Shown: in pieces, positions 47,751-58,384 of the stretch
Layout: each line of letters starts with the position of its first letter
Position numbering within the stretch: the first letter of the stretch is position 1
From: an uncultured Christensenella sp.
GTDB taxonomy: Bacteria > Bacillota > Clostridia > Christensenellales > UBA1242
NCBI GenBank assembly: GCA_948466185.1
Contig: CAOJZM010000002.1
Span: 66,573 to 130,572, forward strand
Length of the DNA stretch: 64,000 nucleotides
Reading direction: 5' to 3'
The notes under the pieces: model-generated
The model's input: only the letters and a program-made list of their open reading frames with translations
Told to the model about the DNA's origin: nothing
The model's database searches: none
Program-made: the position numbers and the translations under genes

Positions 47751-49459
47751 TGAAAATTGTAATTTTATCAGGCGGTTCAGGCAATGATGCTTTAGTAAAA
47801 GGTTTAAACAAATTATTTGCGGGTAGGGGAATAGAAAATCTTGACGTTAATGTTATTGTTAATGCATATGATAATGGTAAATCTACCGGAGTATGTAGGG
47901 CTTTAACAAATACTTTGGGTGTTTCTGATATCAGAAAGAATCATTCTCGTATGTACGAATCCCTTTATGGTGATAAGGTAAACCCTCAACTTGTTGAATT
48001 CTATAACAAAAGATATAATTTTGAAAAAGGAAAAGAACTTAAACAAGTGTCCGAATTACTCAAGAAATGGGGAATGACTGAATATCAAAAATATGTTAAT
48101 AACTTTTTTGCAAATCCTGACACAAAGAATTATGAATTTAAAGATTTTAGCGTATCAAATATAGTTTACGCACAAATGTTTAAGGAAATTGGTTATGAAA
48201 AAACAAATAAACATTTCTGTGACAAGATGGGGATAAATGATTTCGTTGTTCTCAATTCTTTTGATAACTTGTTTATCAAGGCGCAAACTGAATCAGGATA
48301 TGTTATACAAGATGAGGGCGAAACAGTTTTTTGGAATAATCCTAATGACAAGATTATTAAAACCGTTTACGATGTAAAAACTCGTTTTGGATTAAACCAA
48401 AGGGCAATAGATTTGGTTCAGCAGGCTGATTTGCTTATTATATCCACAGGAACTTTCTGGAGCTCTATTCAACCAACAATTGAATATCTTGACTTCTACA
48501 AACATATCAACACTTCAAATGCAAAGAAAGTTTGGGTTATTAATAATGAAGAAGATGGAGACTCTTTTGGTGTTTCCAGTTTGGAATTTGTTGATTTTAT
48601 GGCGGAAACAGGTCTTGACTTGAAACAATTTACTATCCTCGTTAATGCTGATGCAAGAGACTCAATGAAGCTTACCAACAAGAAATATAATTTTGTTGAA
48701 AAGTCAATGGGGAATAATAAGGGGAAACATGATGGTGATAAATATGCCCGAGCTTTACTAGAAATTTATTATGGACTTGAAAATAAGGATGCATATGACA
48801 AGATTTTATTTGACTTTGATGATACTATTTGGGCAAGAAGCAAAACAGATAGTAATTTAGCTCTTTCAAGCGAAAACATGCAACTTATTAACGATAATCT
48901 CGCTGATAAAGCGGTCATAGTTAGTGGAAATTCATATAACAGCATAAAAGATAAACTTGCTGGAATATATGGGGATAAATTAGAGGGCTTGAAAGTTGAC
49001 ATCTGGGCAGATGCAAATTCATCACTATACAGACAGGATAAACTTGTCGATTTCATGGACAAGTTTGTTCTTGATTCACGTGCAAAAACATGTGTAGATC
49101 AACTGGCAAACGATTATGGATTTACAGTTGAAGAAGTTGGTTATAAAACTGTAAACTACAAGATAAAACCACTCTCGTCTTTAGAGCGTAAACTTTTGGT
49201 TGACTTAATAAAAACTAAATATAAAAAGCATTTTAAAGCTGATATAACCGGAAAAACAACGGTGGATATATTGAGCACAAACAACAGTAAGAAAGGGGTG
49301 TTTGAACACTGTAATTTTGGCAAGCTTAAAACTCTTTTTATTGGTGATGAACTTAAAGATGGCAATGATTCTTCAATTGCAAAATTATGTAATAAAATGA
49401 TAGAAGTAAAGAATGTTGCAGAAACTAATACAATTCTCAAACTTCTTATTGGAGACTAG
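47750..49459 (+). CDS. Fusion of YvcK/CofD-like domain and HAD-IIB (PMM-like) domain
   Basis: MKIVILSGGSG, AYDNGKSTG, SDIRK, ADLLIISTGTFWSSI; then LFDFDDT, IVSG, DI...K, FIGDE..GND. Confidence 0.8.
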   Translation: MKIVILSGGSGNDALVKGLNKLFAGRGIENLDVNVIVNAYDNGKSTGVCRALTNTLGVSDIRKNHSRMYESLYGDKVNPQLVEFYNKRYNFEKGKELKQVSELLKKWGMTEYQKYVNNFFANPDTKNYEFKDFSVSNIVYAQMFKEIGYEKTNKHFCDKMGINDFVVLNSFDNLFIKAQTESGYVIQDEGETVFWNNPNDKIIKTVYDVKTRFGLNQRAIDLVQQADLLIISTGTFWSSIQPTIEYLDFYKHINTSNAKKVWVINNEEDGDSFGVSSLEFVDFMAETGLDLKQFTILVNADARDSMKLTNKKYNFVEKSMGNNKGKHDGDKYARALLEIYYGLENKDAYDKILFDFDDTIWARSKTDSNLALSSENMQLINDNLADKAVIVSGNSYNSIKDKLAGIYGDKLEGLKVDIWADANSSLYRQDKLVDFMDKFVLDSRAKTCVDQLANDYGFTVEEVGYKTVNYKIKPLSSLERKLLVDLIKTKYKKHFKADITGKTTVDILSTNNSKKGVFEHCNFGKLKTLFIGDELKDGNDSSIAKLCNKMIEVKNVAETNTILKLLIGD

Positions 49460-49461
49460 AA

Positions 49462-50178
49462 ATGACTTACGGACTAATCATTGCAGCTGGCAATCAATCG
49501 CGGTTTAAAAGTGAAACCCCAAAGTCCCTTGTTGATATAAACGGTGAAACATTATTACAAAAAAATATAAGAAATATGGCACCTTTTTGTGACAAAATTT
49601 ATGTTGTTTGTTCTTACAATAATGAGCATTTCTTTACTTGTGAAAATAAGATCGTAATTGAATCGGGCAAGGGAAGTGGTGATGCTGTATGGCAAGCACT
49701 GGAAAAATTGGAAATACAGCAAGGCGACTCATGTTTTATATTATGGGGAGATTGTTTTCAATCTAAAAGAATATATGAAACTGTTAAATCCGAAGATGAT
49801 CGGGTATCGGCTTTGATTCCTTGTGTTTTTGAGGAAAAGCCGTATGTTCAAATAATACCTCAAGGTAAAGATAAGGTTTCTGTGCATTTCTCAAAATTTA
49901 ATGAGTCAATTACATCAGGATTTCATGATTTAAGTTTGTTCTATTGTCAGGCTTATGAGTTGTTAAATTGCCTCAGAATGCTTCGTTCAAAGATTACTGA
50001 CAAGTACGGAAACTATATTCATAAACATGGAAACGAAATGGAGTTTTTGGATGTGTTTAATGAAACTCCTATAAGGGCAAATTGCGTGGAAATCGAAGAT
50101 TATAAAGATTTCTCATTCAACACTGTGCAACAACTTGCGGAACTTATTGAACGTGATGAATTTTCCGAAAACCAATAA
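49462..50178 (+). CDS. Nucleotidyltransferase (NTP_transf family)
   Basis: IIAAGNQSRF...PKSL, GKGSGDAV, ILWGD, SFNT. Confidence 0.85.
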   Translation: MTYGLIIAAGNQSRFKSETPKSLVDINGETLLQKNIRNMAPFCDKIYVVCSYNNEHFFTCENKIVIESGKGSGDAVWQALEKLEIQQGDSCFILWGDCFQSKRIYETVKSEDDRVSALIPCVFEEKPYVQIIPQGKDKVSVHFSKFNESITSGFHDLSLFYCQAYELLNCLRMLRSKITDKYGNYIHKHGNEMEFLDVFNETPIRANCVEIEDYKDFSFNTVQQLAELIERDEFSENQ

Positions 50179-50305
50179 AGTTTAAAAACTGTTTATATTA
50201 TTTCTGTAAATACATTTTTGATAAGAAAATGTTTTAGTGGTGATTGTTGAAATAGTTATATAAATAAAAAGGAGATAAAATTATCTCCTTTTTTGTTAAA
50301 TGTTG

Positions 50306-51358
<1,053 letters not shown>

Positions 51359-51469
51359 TCACATAGTATTCTGCTATTTAGTAAAATGTTTATTTATTAT
51401 TTTCAAAATGTAGAGCTTATTGACAAAGTAATCAAATTAATGTTAAACTTTAAAAGTTAGGGCAAAACT

Positions 51470-51844
51470 ATGAATACATTAAAAAATAGAATAATTCATT
51501 ATATTAACGATAGATTTTATGTGGAGCCAGAATACTTATGGAGCAAATATCCTGAATATGCTGTTTTTAGGCATAAAGATAATAACAAATGGTTTGCTGT
51601 TATTTTATTAGTGAAAAAATGTAAACTAGGGTTAGATGGTGAGGAAATGGTCTATATTTTGGATATTAAAGGGGATTCAATTATTAATGGCTCTTTAATT
51701 ATGAATGATGGCATTTTCCCCGGATATCATATGAACAAGCAAACTTGGTTATCTGTGTTATTAGATGGAACTGTAATGTATGAGACAATATGTGATTTGC
51801 TTGAAATGAGTTATGATTTAACGAAAAATAAAACAACCAAATAA
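51470..51844 (+). CDS. MmcQ/YjbR-family protein
   Basis: PEYAVFRH..NNKWFA, PGYHMNKQTW, SYDLT. Confidence 0.88.
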   Translation: MNTLKNRIIHYINDRFYVEPEYLWSKYPEYAVFRHKDNNKWFAVILLVKKCKLGLDGEEMVYILDIKGDSIINGSLIMNDGIFPGYHMNKQTWLSVLLDGTVMYETICDLLEMSYDLTKNKTTK

Positions 51845-51947
51845 AAATAATGTTGGATATCCTATTTATTTGACTTTTAGTTCAATTTTATGATAACTTA
51901 AATATGTGGTTATTTTAAAAGTTGAAAACAAATAAAGGAGTAAACAA

Positions 51948-53483
51948 ATGAAAGTTGCTATTACCGGAGTTACTGGGAATATGGGGAAACAAGTTTTAAA
52001 CGAACTTGTTAAATTGCCAGAATTGGAGTTTAAGCTTCTTATACTTCCTGATGATAGAAGGATTAAAGAAGTCAAAAAATCGAATAAAAAAAATTTAAAT
52101 CGAATTGAAATAATATTAGGAAATATTGCAGATAAGGCAACATGTGAAAAATTGGTTGAAGGGGTGAGCTATGTTGTGAACATGGCGGCTGTAATTCCTC
52201 CACATTCTGACCAGCATCCTCATAAAGCTATTGAGTGTAACGAAAAGGGAGTAGATACTCTCGTTTCTGTTATTGAAAAGATGGAAGAACAACCTAAACT
52301 TATTCATATATCAACCTTAGCTCTATATGGCAACCGTAATGAAAAACGACCTTGGGTCAGAGTTGGCGACCCACTTCTTGTCAGCCCTTTTGACATCTAT
52401 TCTGCAACCAAACTTCGCGGGGAGTTTAGAGTGCTTGAAAGTGATATAAAAAACTTTGCAGTCATTCGTCAGACTGCAATGCTTCACAATAATATGCTCA
52501 GCGACAATATGAGTGATGGACTTATGTTTCATACCTGCTTTAATGCACCGCTTGAATGGTCGACAGCAGAAGATTCTGGACTTTTAATTGCAAATATTAT
52601 TCGCTGTGATATGAAACAAGATTTATCTAAAAAGTTCTGGCATAAGTGCTTCAATCTTGGCGGAGGACTTTATAACTGCGTTACTGGTTATGATGTGCTT
52701 AATGATGGTTTTCAAATGATAGGAGGATCTGTTAAGGACTTCTTTGAACCTCAGTTTAATGCAACAAGAAATTTTCATGGTACATGGTTTTACGATAGCA
52801 AAGTGCTTGATGACCTCTTCCATTATCAAAGACAAAGTACTGCGGATTTTTGGAAACAGTTTGAAAAGAACCATAAGATATTTAAGGTGGGGAAGATAGT
52901 TCCGAAAGGACTTATTAAAAAGTTTGCAATTAAAAGACTTTTTAAAAGCCCAAACTCTGTGGCTTATTGGAAAAAGCATAAGGATAGTGCAAGACTTTAT
53001 GCGTATTTTGGAGGGGAAGATAAATATGATGGAATATCAAGCGACTGGTCTAAGTTTAACCTTTTAATCGAAAATAAAGGGATGAATGGCGAAAAGCTTG
53101 ACCTTGCGAAATTAAAAGATCCAAAGAACGCAAATCTTGTTGACATTGGCTATGACCCAAATAAAGAGGTTGGGATTAAAGAACTTAAAAATATCGCTGA
53201 AATGCATGGTGGAAAATTATTGTCTAAAAAATGTAATAGTGTTTTAGATAAATTGCAATGGCAAAACAGTGATGGGGAGACATTTACAGCACGTGCATAC
53301 ACAGTTATGGCTGGGCATTGGTGGAACCCAACTTATATTTCAAATTGTTGGGATTTTGATCGCCTTGCAAAGAAGGATAAAATTTACGCTCAGGCTTGGT
53401 ATGACAGCCATGGAGAAAATGAAGATAAGTTTTATTATTACGATGAAAATTTTGATGCAAAATTTGAGGATATAAAAAAATGA
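51948..53483 (+). CDS. NAD-dependent epimerase/dehydratase-family protein with C-terminal extension
   Basis: TGVTGNMG, MAAVIPP, YSATK (YxxxK). Confidence 0.82.
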   Translation: MKVAITGVTGNMGKQVLNELVKLPELEFKLLILPDDRRIKEVKKSNKKNLNRIEIILGNIADKATCEKLVEGVSYVVNMAAVIPPHSDQHPHKAIECNEKGVDTLVSVIEKMEEQPKLIHISTLALYGNRNEKRPWVRVGDPLLVSPFDIYSATKLRGEFRVLESDIKNFAVIRQTAMLHNNMLSDNMSDGLMFHTCFNAPLEWSTAEDSGLLIANIIRCDMKQDLSKKFWHKCFNLGGGLYNCVTGYDVLNDGFQMIGGSVKDFFEPQFNATRNFHGTWFYDSKVLDDLFHYQRQSTADFWKQFEKNHKIFKVGKIVPKGLIKKFAIKRLFKSPNSVAYWKKHKDSARLYAYFGGEDKYDGISSDWSKFNLLIENKGMNGEKLDLAKLKDPKNANLVDIGYDPNKEVGIKELKNIAEMHGGKLLSKKCNSVLDKLQWQNSDGETFTARAYTVMAGHWWNPTYISNCWDFDRLAKKDKIYAQAWYDSHGENEDKFYYYDENFDAKFEDIKK

Positions 53484-54376
53484 AAGTTTTAATATGCTAT
53501 TTTTCTGGTACGGGAAACACACGTAGGGTTGTAAATAAGTACGCAGATTGTTTAAAACAAAAAGAGGTTGATGTTGATGTATATAAAATAGAAGATGTGT
53601 TATATAATTCAAATCAATGGCCTGTCAACTTTGATGAATACGACATGGTAGGTATAGGTTATCCTGTTCATGCGTTTAACGCACCATCTATTGTTATTGA
53701 TTTTGTAAAGCATATGTCAAAACAAACAAATGAACATAAGGCATTTATTATTAATACTTCTGGAGAGCCTTTAAAACTTAATAATATTTCTTCTATTAAG
53801 ATAAGGAAATTGTTAAAAAAACGCAACTATGAAGTTACTAACGAATTTCACTATTGTATGCCATATAACATTATTTTTCGCCATACTGACCTTATGGCAT
53901 ATAAGATGTGGAACTATGCAGAAAGCTTGATTCCTATGGATTGTGACACACTTTTGAGCGGAAATAAAACAAAACTTGGCTATGTGCCTATGGGTCGTCC
54001 TCTTGCTTGTATATTCAGAGTGGAACATTGGGGTGGACGTGTAAATGGAAAACGATATAAGGTAAGTGAAAACTGCATTAAGTGTCAGATGTGTGTAAAG
54101 ATTTGTCCAACCCATAATATAACTATTGAGAATGGTGAATTTAAGTTTGGCAAGAATTGCCTTATGTGCATGCGCTGTGCACACCTTTGCAGCAGGGATG
54201 CAATTAAGATTGGATGGTTTAATAAATGGAAAGTGAATGGAACATATAATTTCCAAAAGCCTACAGAAGAGGAAGAAAACAAACATAAAAGGTATTGCAA
54301 AAAGGCATATGAGAGATACTTTACCGACTGTGAGCGTCGGCTTGGACTATTGAAAAATGATAAACAGAAAAAATAA
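53480..54376 (+). CDS. EFR1-family flavodoxin-ferredoxin fusion
   Basis: YFSGTGNT; CIKCQMCVKICP and CLMCMRCAHLC 4Fe-4S motifs. Confidence 0.88.
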   Translation: MKVLICYFSGTGNTRRVVNKYADCLKQKEVDVDVYKIEDVLYNSNQWPVNFDEYDMVGIGYPVHAFNAPSIVIDFVKHMSKQTNEHKAFIINTSGEPLKLNNISSIKIRKLLKKRNYEVTNEFHYCMPYNIIFRHTDLMAYKMWNYAESLIPMDCDTLLSGNKTKLGYVPMGRPLACIFRVEHWGGRVNGKRYKVSENCIKCQMCVKICPTHNITIENGEFKFGKNCLMCMRCAHLCSRDAIKIGWFNKWKVNGTYNFQKPTEEEENKHKRYCKKAYERYFTDCERRLGLLKNDKQKK

Positions 54377-54408
54377 AAGTGGGAGCCCACTTTTATTTTT
54401 ATAAATGA

Positions 54409-54474
54409 ATGTAAATAATACTTGACATTTAAAAACAATTAGCTTATAATGATAATGTAAAGTAAACTTTACGT
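54409..54474 (+). promoter_or_regulatory. Sigma-A promoter with two related palindromic operators
   Basis: TTGACA(54422)-17-TATAAT(54445); ATGTAAATAATACTTGACAT and ATGTAAAGTAAACTTTACGT. Confidence 0.6.
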
Positions 54475-54497
54475 TTGATTTCAATAGGGAGGTTGAT

Positions 54498-54830
54498 ATG
54501 GAAAAGAAAGAAATATTGGAGAAGGCATCAAAGAAAAAGGCATTAATTGGTGAAATGGAAAACCAGAAAATTGGCAAGATTAACTGGATTTCTATGATGG
54601 TTGCGTCTATTGTTGCGGGTGGACTTTGCATTGCACAAGGGGCACTTGGCTATCCTGCAGGTGTTTATGCAATTCTTGCAATATTCTCAACTTGGTCCTG
54701 CGTGTTTTATACTCTTCAATACTTTGTTGCAAAAAGGCCTTGGGGGGTACTTATAGGTGCTATTTTAACAGGGCTTGCTGCAATTGGCTTGATTATTTGT
54801 TTTATTCTTGCTAATATATACGCATGGTGA
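54498..54830 (+). CDS. Small 3-TM membrane protein (DUF6442-like)
   Basis: MEKKEILEKA...EME N-terminus, 3 TMs, paired with an XRE regulator. Confidence 0.65.
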   Translation: MEKKEILEKASKKKALIGEMENQKIGKINWISMMVASIVAGGLCIAQGALGYPAGVYAILAIFSTWSCVFYTLQYFVAKRPWGVLIGAILTGLAAIGLIICFILANIYAW

Positions 54831-54835
54831 AGAAT

Positions 54836-55045
54836 ATGAATAATGATTTAATCTTAAAGAATAACTTAAGGGAAGCAAGGGTGCAAAAAAGACTTTCACA
54901 AGAGGAACTTGCAAGACAGGTGGGAACAACAAGGCAAACGATAATAGCAGTAGAAAAAGGACAGTTTAATCCATCCGCTAAACTTGCATTACTTTTATGC
55001 TTTGCACTGGATAAAACTTTTGAGGAGTTATTCTATTTCGACTAA
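54836..55045 (+). CDS. XRE-family HTH regulator
   Basis: NNLREAR..LSQEELA..VGTTRQTIIAVEKGQFNPS.KLA...FEELF. Confidence 0.9.
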   Translation: MNNDLILKNNLREARVQKRLSQEELARQVGTTRQTIIAVEKGQFNPSAKLALLLCFALDKTFEELFYFD

Positions 55046-55150
55046 TTAAAGAAGACTCATTATAAGGGTCTTTTTTAATTAGTTTGACTTAGATACTAAG
55101 TTATGATAAAAAATAAATATAAAAAAATTTAAAAATAATATAAAAAACCC

Positions 55151-55181
55151 TTGACTCTCCAGTTTGCTGTAATGTTAATAT
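55151..55181 (+). promoter_or_regulatory. MerR-type promoter (19-nt spacer)
   Basis: TTGACT-19 nt with CAG...CTG dyad-TAATAT upstream of the MerR gene. Confidence 0.65.
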
Positions 55182-55202
55182 GGGATCAAGCAAGGAGGAA
55201 AT

Positions 55203-56216
55203 ATGCTAAAAATAGGTGAAATTTCTAAACTTTTAAACCTTCCAGTTAAGACAATTCGTTATTGGGAAGAGTTTGGCCTTTTCAAACCTTCATATGTTGA
55301 TGAGTATACCGGTTATCGTCAATTTGATGAAAAGGATATTGAAAGACTGAGTCAGATTCTTTATTTGAAGGATTTGGGATTTGAGCTTAAAGAAATTAAA
55401 AATCTGGATGAAAAAGTTGTAGCAAATAAAACTAGAACTTTACAAAGCAAGATTGCTCATCTAACAAATAGTCTCAAAGAAATTGCCTCTTTGCAAAAAG
55501 ATAAAAAGGGGGAATTTATTATGAAAAATTTTGTAAATGATGAAAACGCGATAGGACATTGGAGACTCTTAGGCCTTGCAGATTCTATGGAAGAGGCAAA
55601 AGCATTAAAGTTAAGACACAACCATGATTTTAAAATCGAAGAGATGTATTTAATGGAAAATGGCAAGGAGTATTGGGTGCTTGCTTGGACGAAAGGTGCA
55701 ATCTTTATTAACGGTCGTAAAAATCCTTATGAGATTGTGGGGGATAAAATGATTGTTTCTATTACTTATGATGGCGAAATTGAGGGCTATGCTGTATATG
55801 AAAGGATAGACAACAAAAATCACCAAATTAAAGATTTCTTAAGGGTTGACAAAGTGGATTATCCATTTGTGGTTGACAAAAAAGCACTTGGTGTTTGGAA
55901 AAGTTTTGATTTTATTAGAGATCTAAAGAAATTTGATCCAGATAAAAAAGAGTGGAAAGGTGAGAGTTTTATTAGACAGCTTTCTATTTTAGAAAATGGG
56001 GAGGCATTCTTTGAGTATGACCGTGGACAAATTGCAAAACACACTTGGGCAAAAGGACATCTCTATTACTACTGGGATAAAGATATTGCAACTGATATGA
56101 AGTATTCAATTGTTAAGAAAGGTTCTGATGAATATCTTATCATGGAGTGGAAATCTGGTGACTATCTATATGCTGGAATAATTAGCGGTTATTATGTTTT
56201 CAAAAAAGAGGTATAA
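55203..56216 (+). CDS. MerR-family regulator with two tandem beta-rich C-terminal domains
   Basis: LKIGEISK...KTIRYWE..GL..P..VD..TGYR; repeated G-x-W...W(T/A)KG domains. Confidence 0.88.
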   Translation: MLKIGEISKLLNLPVKTIRYWEEFGLFKPSYVDEYTGYRQFDEKDIERLSQILYLKDLGFELKEIKNLDEKVVANKTRTLQSKIAHLTNSLKEIASLQKDKKGEFIMKNFVNDENAIGHWRLLGLADSMEEAKALKLRHNHDFKIEEMYLMENGKEYWVLAWTKGAIFINGRKNPYEIVGDKMIVSITYDGEIEGYAVYERIDNKNHQIKDFLRVDKVDYPFVVDKKALGVWKSFDFIRDLKKFDPDKKEWKGESFIRQLSILENGEAFFEYDRGQIAKHTWAKGHLYYYWDKDIATDMKYSIVKKGSDEYLIMEWKSGDYLYAGIISGYYVFKKEV

Positions 56217-56217
56217 T

Positions 56218-56589
56218 ATGGTTGACAACATGGAACTTCCATTTAATGCTGATGAGGATCTAATAGGAGCTTGGAAATATTATAACTTTATTAAGTATTC
56301 TGCCAAATTCAGTTTGCTTAAAAGAAAATGGAAAAGTGATAGGGTTGTTGCAGGCTTATATTTTGAGCAGGATGGTTTAGGTAAAATAAACTATTGTGCT
56401 CCTCATAAAATGTCACAAGAAATAAAATGGACTAAAGGTCATATTTTAAATACGAAAGAAGGTTTTGATATGCTGTATACCATTGACACCAAATTTGGCA
56501 AGAAATATCTTTTAATGGAATGGAAGTCAGGAGATTATTTATATAGAAATGAGATTCGCGGCTATTATGTTTTCAAAAAAGAGGCTTAG
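56218..56589 (+). CDS. Stand-alone paralog of the MerR C-terminal domain
   Basis: Shares GxWK, W.KGH, YL.MEWKSGDYLY and YYVFKKE with the preceding protein. Confidence 0.75.
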   Translation: MVDNMELPFNADEDLIGAWKYYNFIKYSAKFSLLKRKWKSDRVVAGLYFEQDGLGKINYCAPHKMSQEIKWTKGHILNTKEGFDMLYTIDTKFGKKYLLMEWKSGDYLYRNEIRGYYVFKKEA

Positions 56590-56641
56590 AAAGCCTCTTT
56601 TTCTACATGTTGTATCAGTTACGCATGCATACTAGCGGTAT

Positions 56642-57109
56642 CTAGTGCGAAATTGCATTTCTCCAATCTTCAATGTTATATCTAGGATTTGCTGAACTTG
56701 TGGACGGCATGCAAAAAATAGGAATGTCAGTTTTATAATTTTCAGTAAATAGATGGTAAGCCGTTTTGCCGTTGCAAAGTATTTTTTCCACCTTGGTGTT
56801 TGGGGGCAAGAGCGGGGCAAATGCACCAGTTTTAATGTTGGATTTTTCAAGTGCATAGTCGGAAGAGCCTTTAAGGTCGCTTTCGATAATCACATCATAA
56901 AGTGCGATATGGTGTTTATGTAAAAAGGATATTTTGGAGGGGATATCGTCCTTGATTTCTTCATTAAAAACCTGTGAGAGCATTTTCCAGAATCGATTTT
57001 GTTTATGTCCATAATAAAAACCCTGTTCTCTGCTTTTAACGCTGGGGAAACTTCCTAAAATTAAAATCTCTGAATCTTTGTCATAAACCGGCTCAAATCC
57101 TTGATTCAT
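56642..57109 (-). CDS. DNA-deoxyinosine glycosylase (UDG superfamily)
   Basis: LILGSFPSVKS, FYYGHKQNRFW, GSSD, CNGKTA, MPSTSSAN. Confidence 0.88.
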   Translation of the reverse strand: MNQGFEPVYDKDSEILILGSFPSVKSREQGFYYGHKQNRFWKMLSQVFNEEIKDDIPSKISFLHKHHIALYDVIIESDLKGSSDYALEKSNIKTGAFAPLLPPNTKVEKILCNGKTAYHLFTENYKTDIPIFCMPSTSSANPRYNIEDWRNAISH

Positions 57110-57219
57110 ATTATCTCCTTTTTTATTTGCCTTTTTACTTGCTGTTTGTTATTATAATAAAAGAATACTAAGTTTTGATTTTTATGTCAAGTTAAGTTGA
57201 ATGAAAGAGGGGGTACAAA

Positions 57220-57900
57220 ATGTTTAATGTTGCAGTTGACGGTTTAGGAGGTTGCGGAAAAAGCACGGTGGCACAAGGTATTGCTGAAAGATTAAAATTT
57301 AAGGTGCTAAACACGGGTGCAATTTATAGAGCTCTGGCATGTGCCTATCTTGATATGGGGCTTGGAGAATTGTCTGATAAGAGGGTTAACGAATTTGCAT
57401 GTGACCTTGCAATAGATGTTTTTTTTGAAGGAAAGGATCAACACGTGATTGTTAATGGTAAGGATTATACTCCTTTTTTACGGAAGGAAGAGATAAGCAA
57501 ATTTTCTTCCATGATTTCTCCATATCCACAACTTCGCGAAGTGGTGAGAAGGGTGCAAAGAGATTTTGCTAAAAAGTATAATTGTATAATTGAAGGCCGA
57601 GGAATTGGAATAGATGTTTTGCCTGACGCAGACTTAAAATTTTTCTTAACCGCTACGCCTGAGGTTAGGGCAATGCGAAGGTATGTTCAAATTAAGGATA
57701 CGCCGAATGCCCCAACTTTTGATGATGTTTTGGCCGACCTTAATGCTCGCGATTATGCTGACGAGCATCGCGAGCATGGAACAAATATTCCAGCAAAAGA
57801 TGCAGTTATTTTAGATACAACAAATTTGACTCTGGAAGAATCACTTGATATTGTTGAAGAAATTGTTCGTAAAAGGATAAAAAATAAAAAGCAATCCTAA
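57220..57900 (+). CDS. cmk: Cytidylate kinase
   Basis: VAVDGLGGCGKST, LNTGAIYRA, IEGRGIG.DVLPDA.LKFFLTA, RDYAD. Confidence 0.9.
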   Translation: MFNVAVDGLGGCGKSTVAQGIAERLKFKVLNTGAIYRALACAYLDMGLGELSDKRVNEFACDLAIDVFFEGKDQHVIVNGKDYTPFLRKEEISKFSSMISPYPQLREVVRRVQRDFAKKYNCIIEGRGIGIDVLPDADLKFFLTATPEVRAMRRYVQIKDTPNAPTFDDVLADLNARDYADEHREHGTNIPAKDAVILDTTNLTLEESLDIVEEIVRKRIKNKKQS

Positions 57901-57913
57901 ATAGGATTGCTTT

Positions 57914-58330
57914 TTAGATTTCTTCATCATCATTATTCTTTTTATAACTTATTATTCTCAACGCGTCTTGATCATTTGTGCATTCATGTGAAAGCAGTGC
58001 GTTAATATATTTATCTTGTATGCTTGTCCCGGCATAGACTTTGGTTGCCATAAATTTTTGTGCAAATTCATTTATTTCTCTGTTATATTCCATCTCTTTG
58101 CCTTTTTTCAAAATGTATATTTCAAAATCATTTTCATAAACAAAAGTGATTGGTTTGTTTGTGTTTCTATTAAAAGCCCAAACGGAGTATGTTTCCTCAT
58201 CTGAATTTGGTATAACTAACCAGTCGTTGCCAAGAAAGTTTTGTATAACAACTTCGGCGAGGTTCTTTGTGATAAATTTATATCTTCGTTTTTGCAAATA
58301 TTTTGGCAGTAAATCGTTATAATCTTCCAT
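57914..58330 (-). CDS. Hypothetical protein
   Basis: GAGG RBS before the ATG at 58330; no family recognised. Confidence 0.55.
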   Translation of the reverse strand: MEDYNDLLPKYLQKRRYKFITKNLAEVVIQNFLGNDWLVIPNSDEETYSVWAFNRNTNKPITFVYENDFEIYILKKGKEMEYNREINEFAQKFMATKVYAGTSIQDKYINALLSHECTNDQDALRIISYKKNNDDEEI

Positions 58331-58384
58331 CTTTTCCTCTTGAGAAGATTTTACCACCTTTATTACTTGTTGTCAAGAGTGAAA

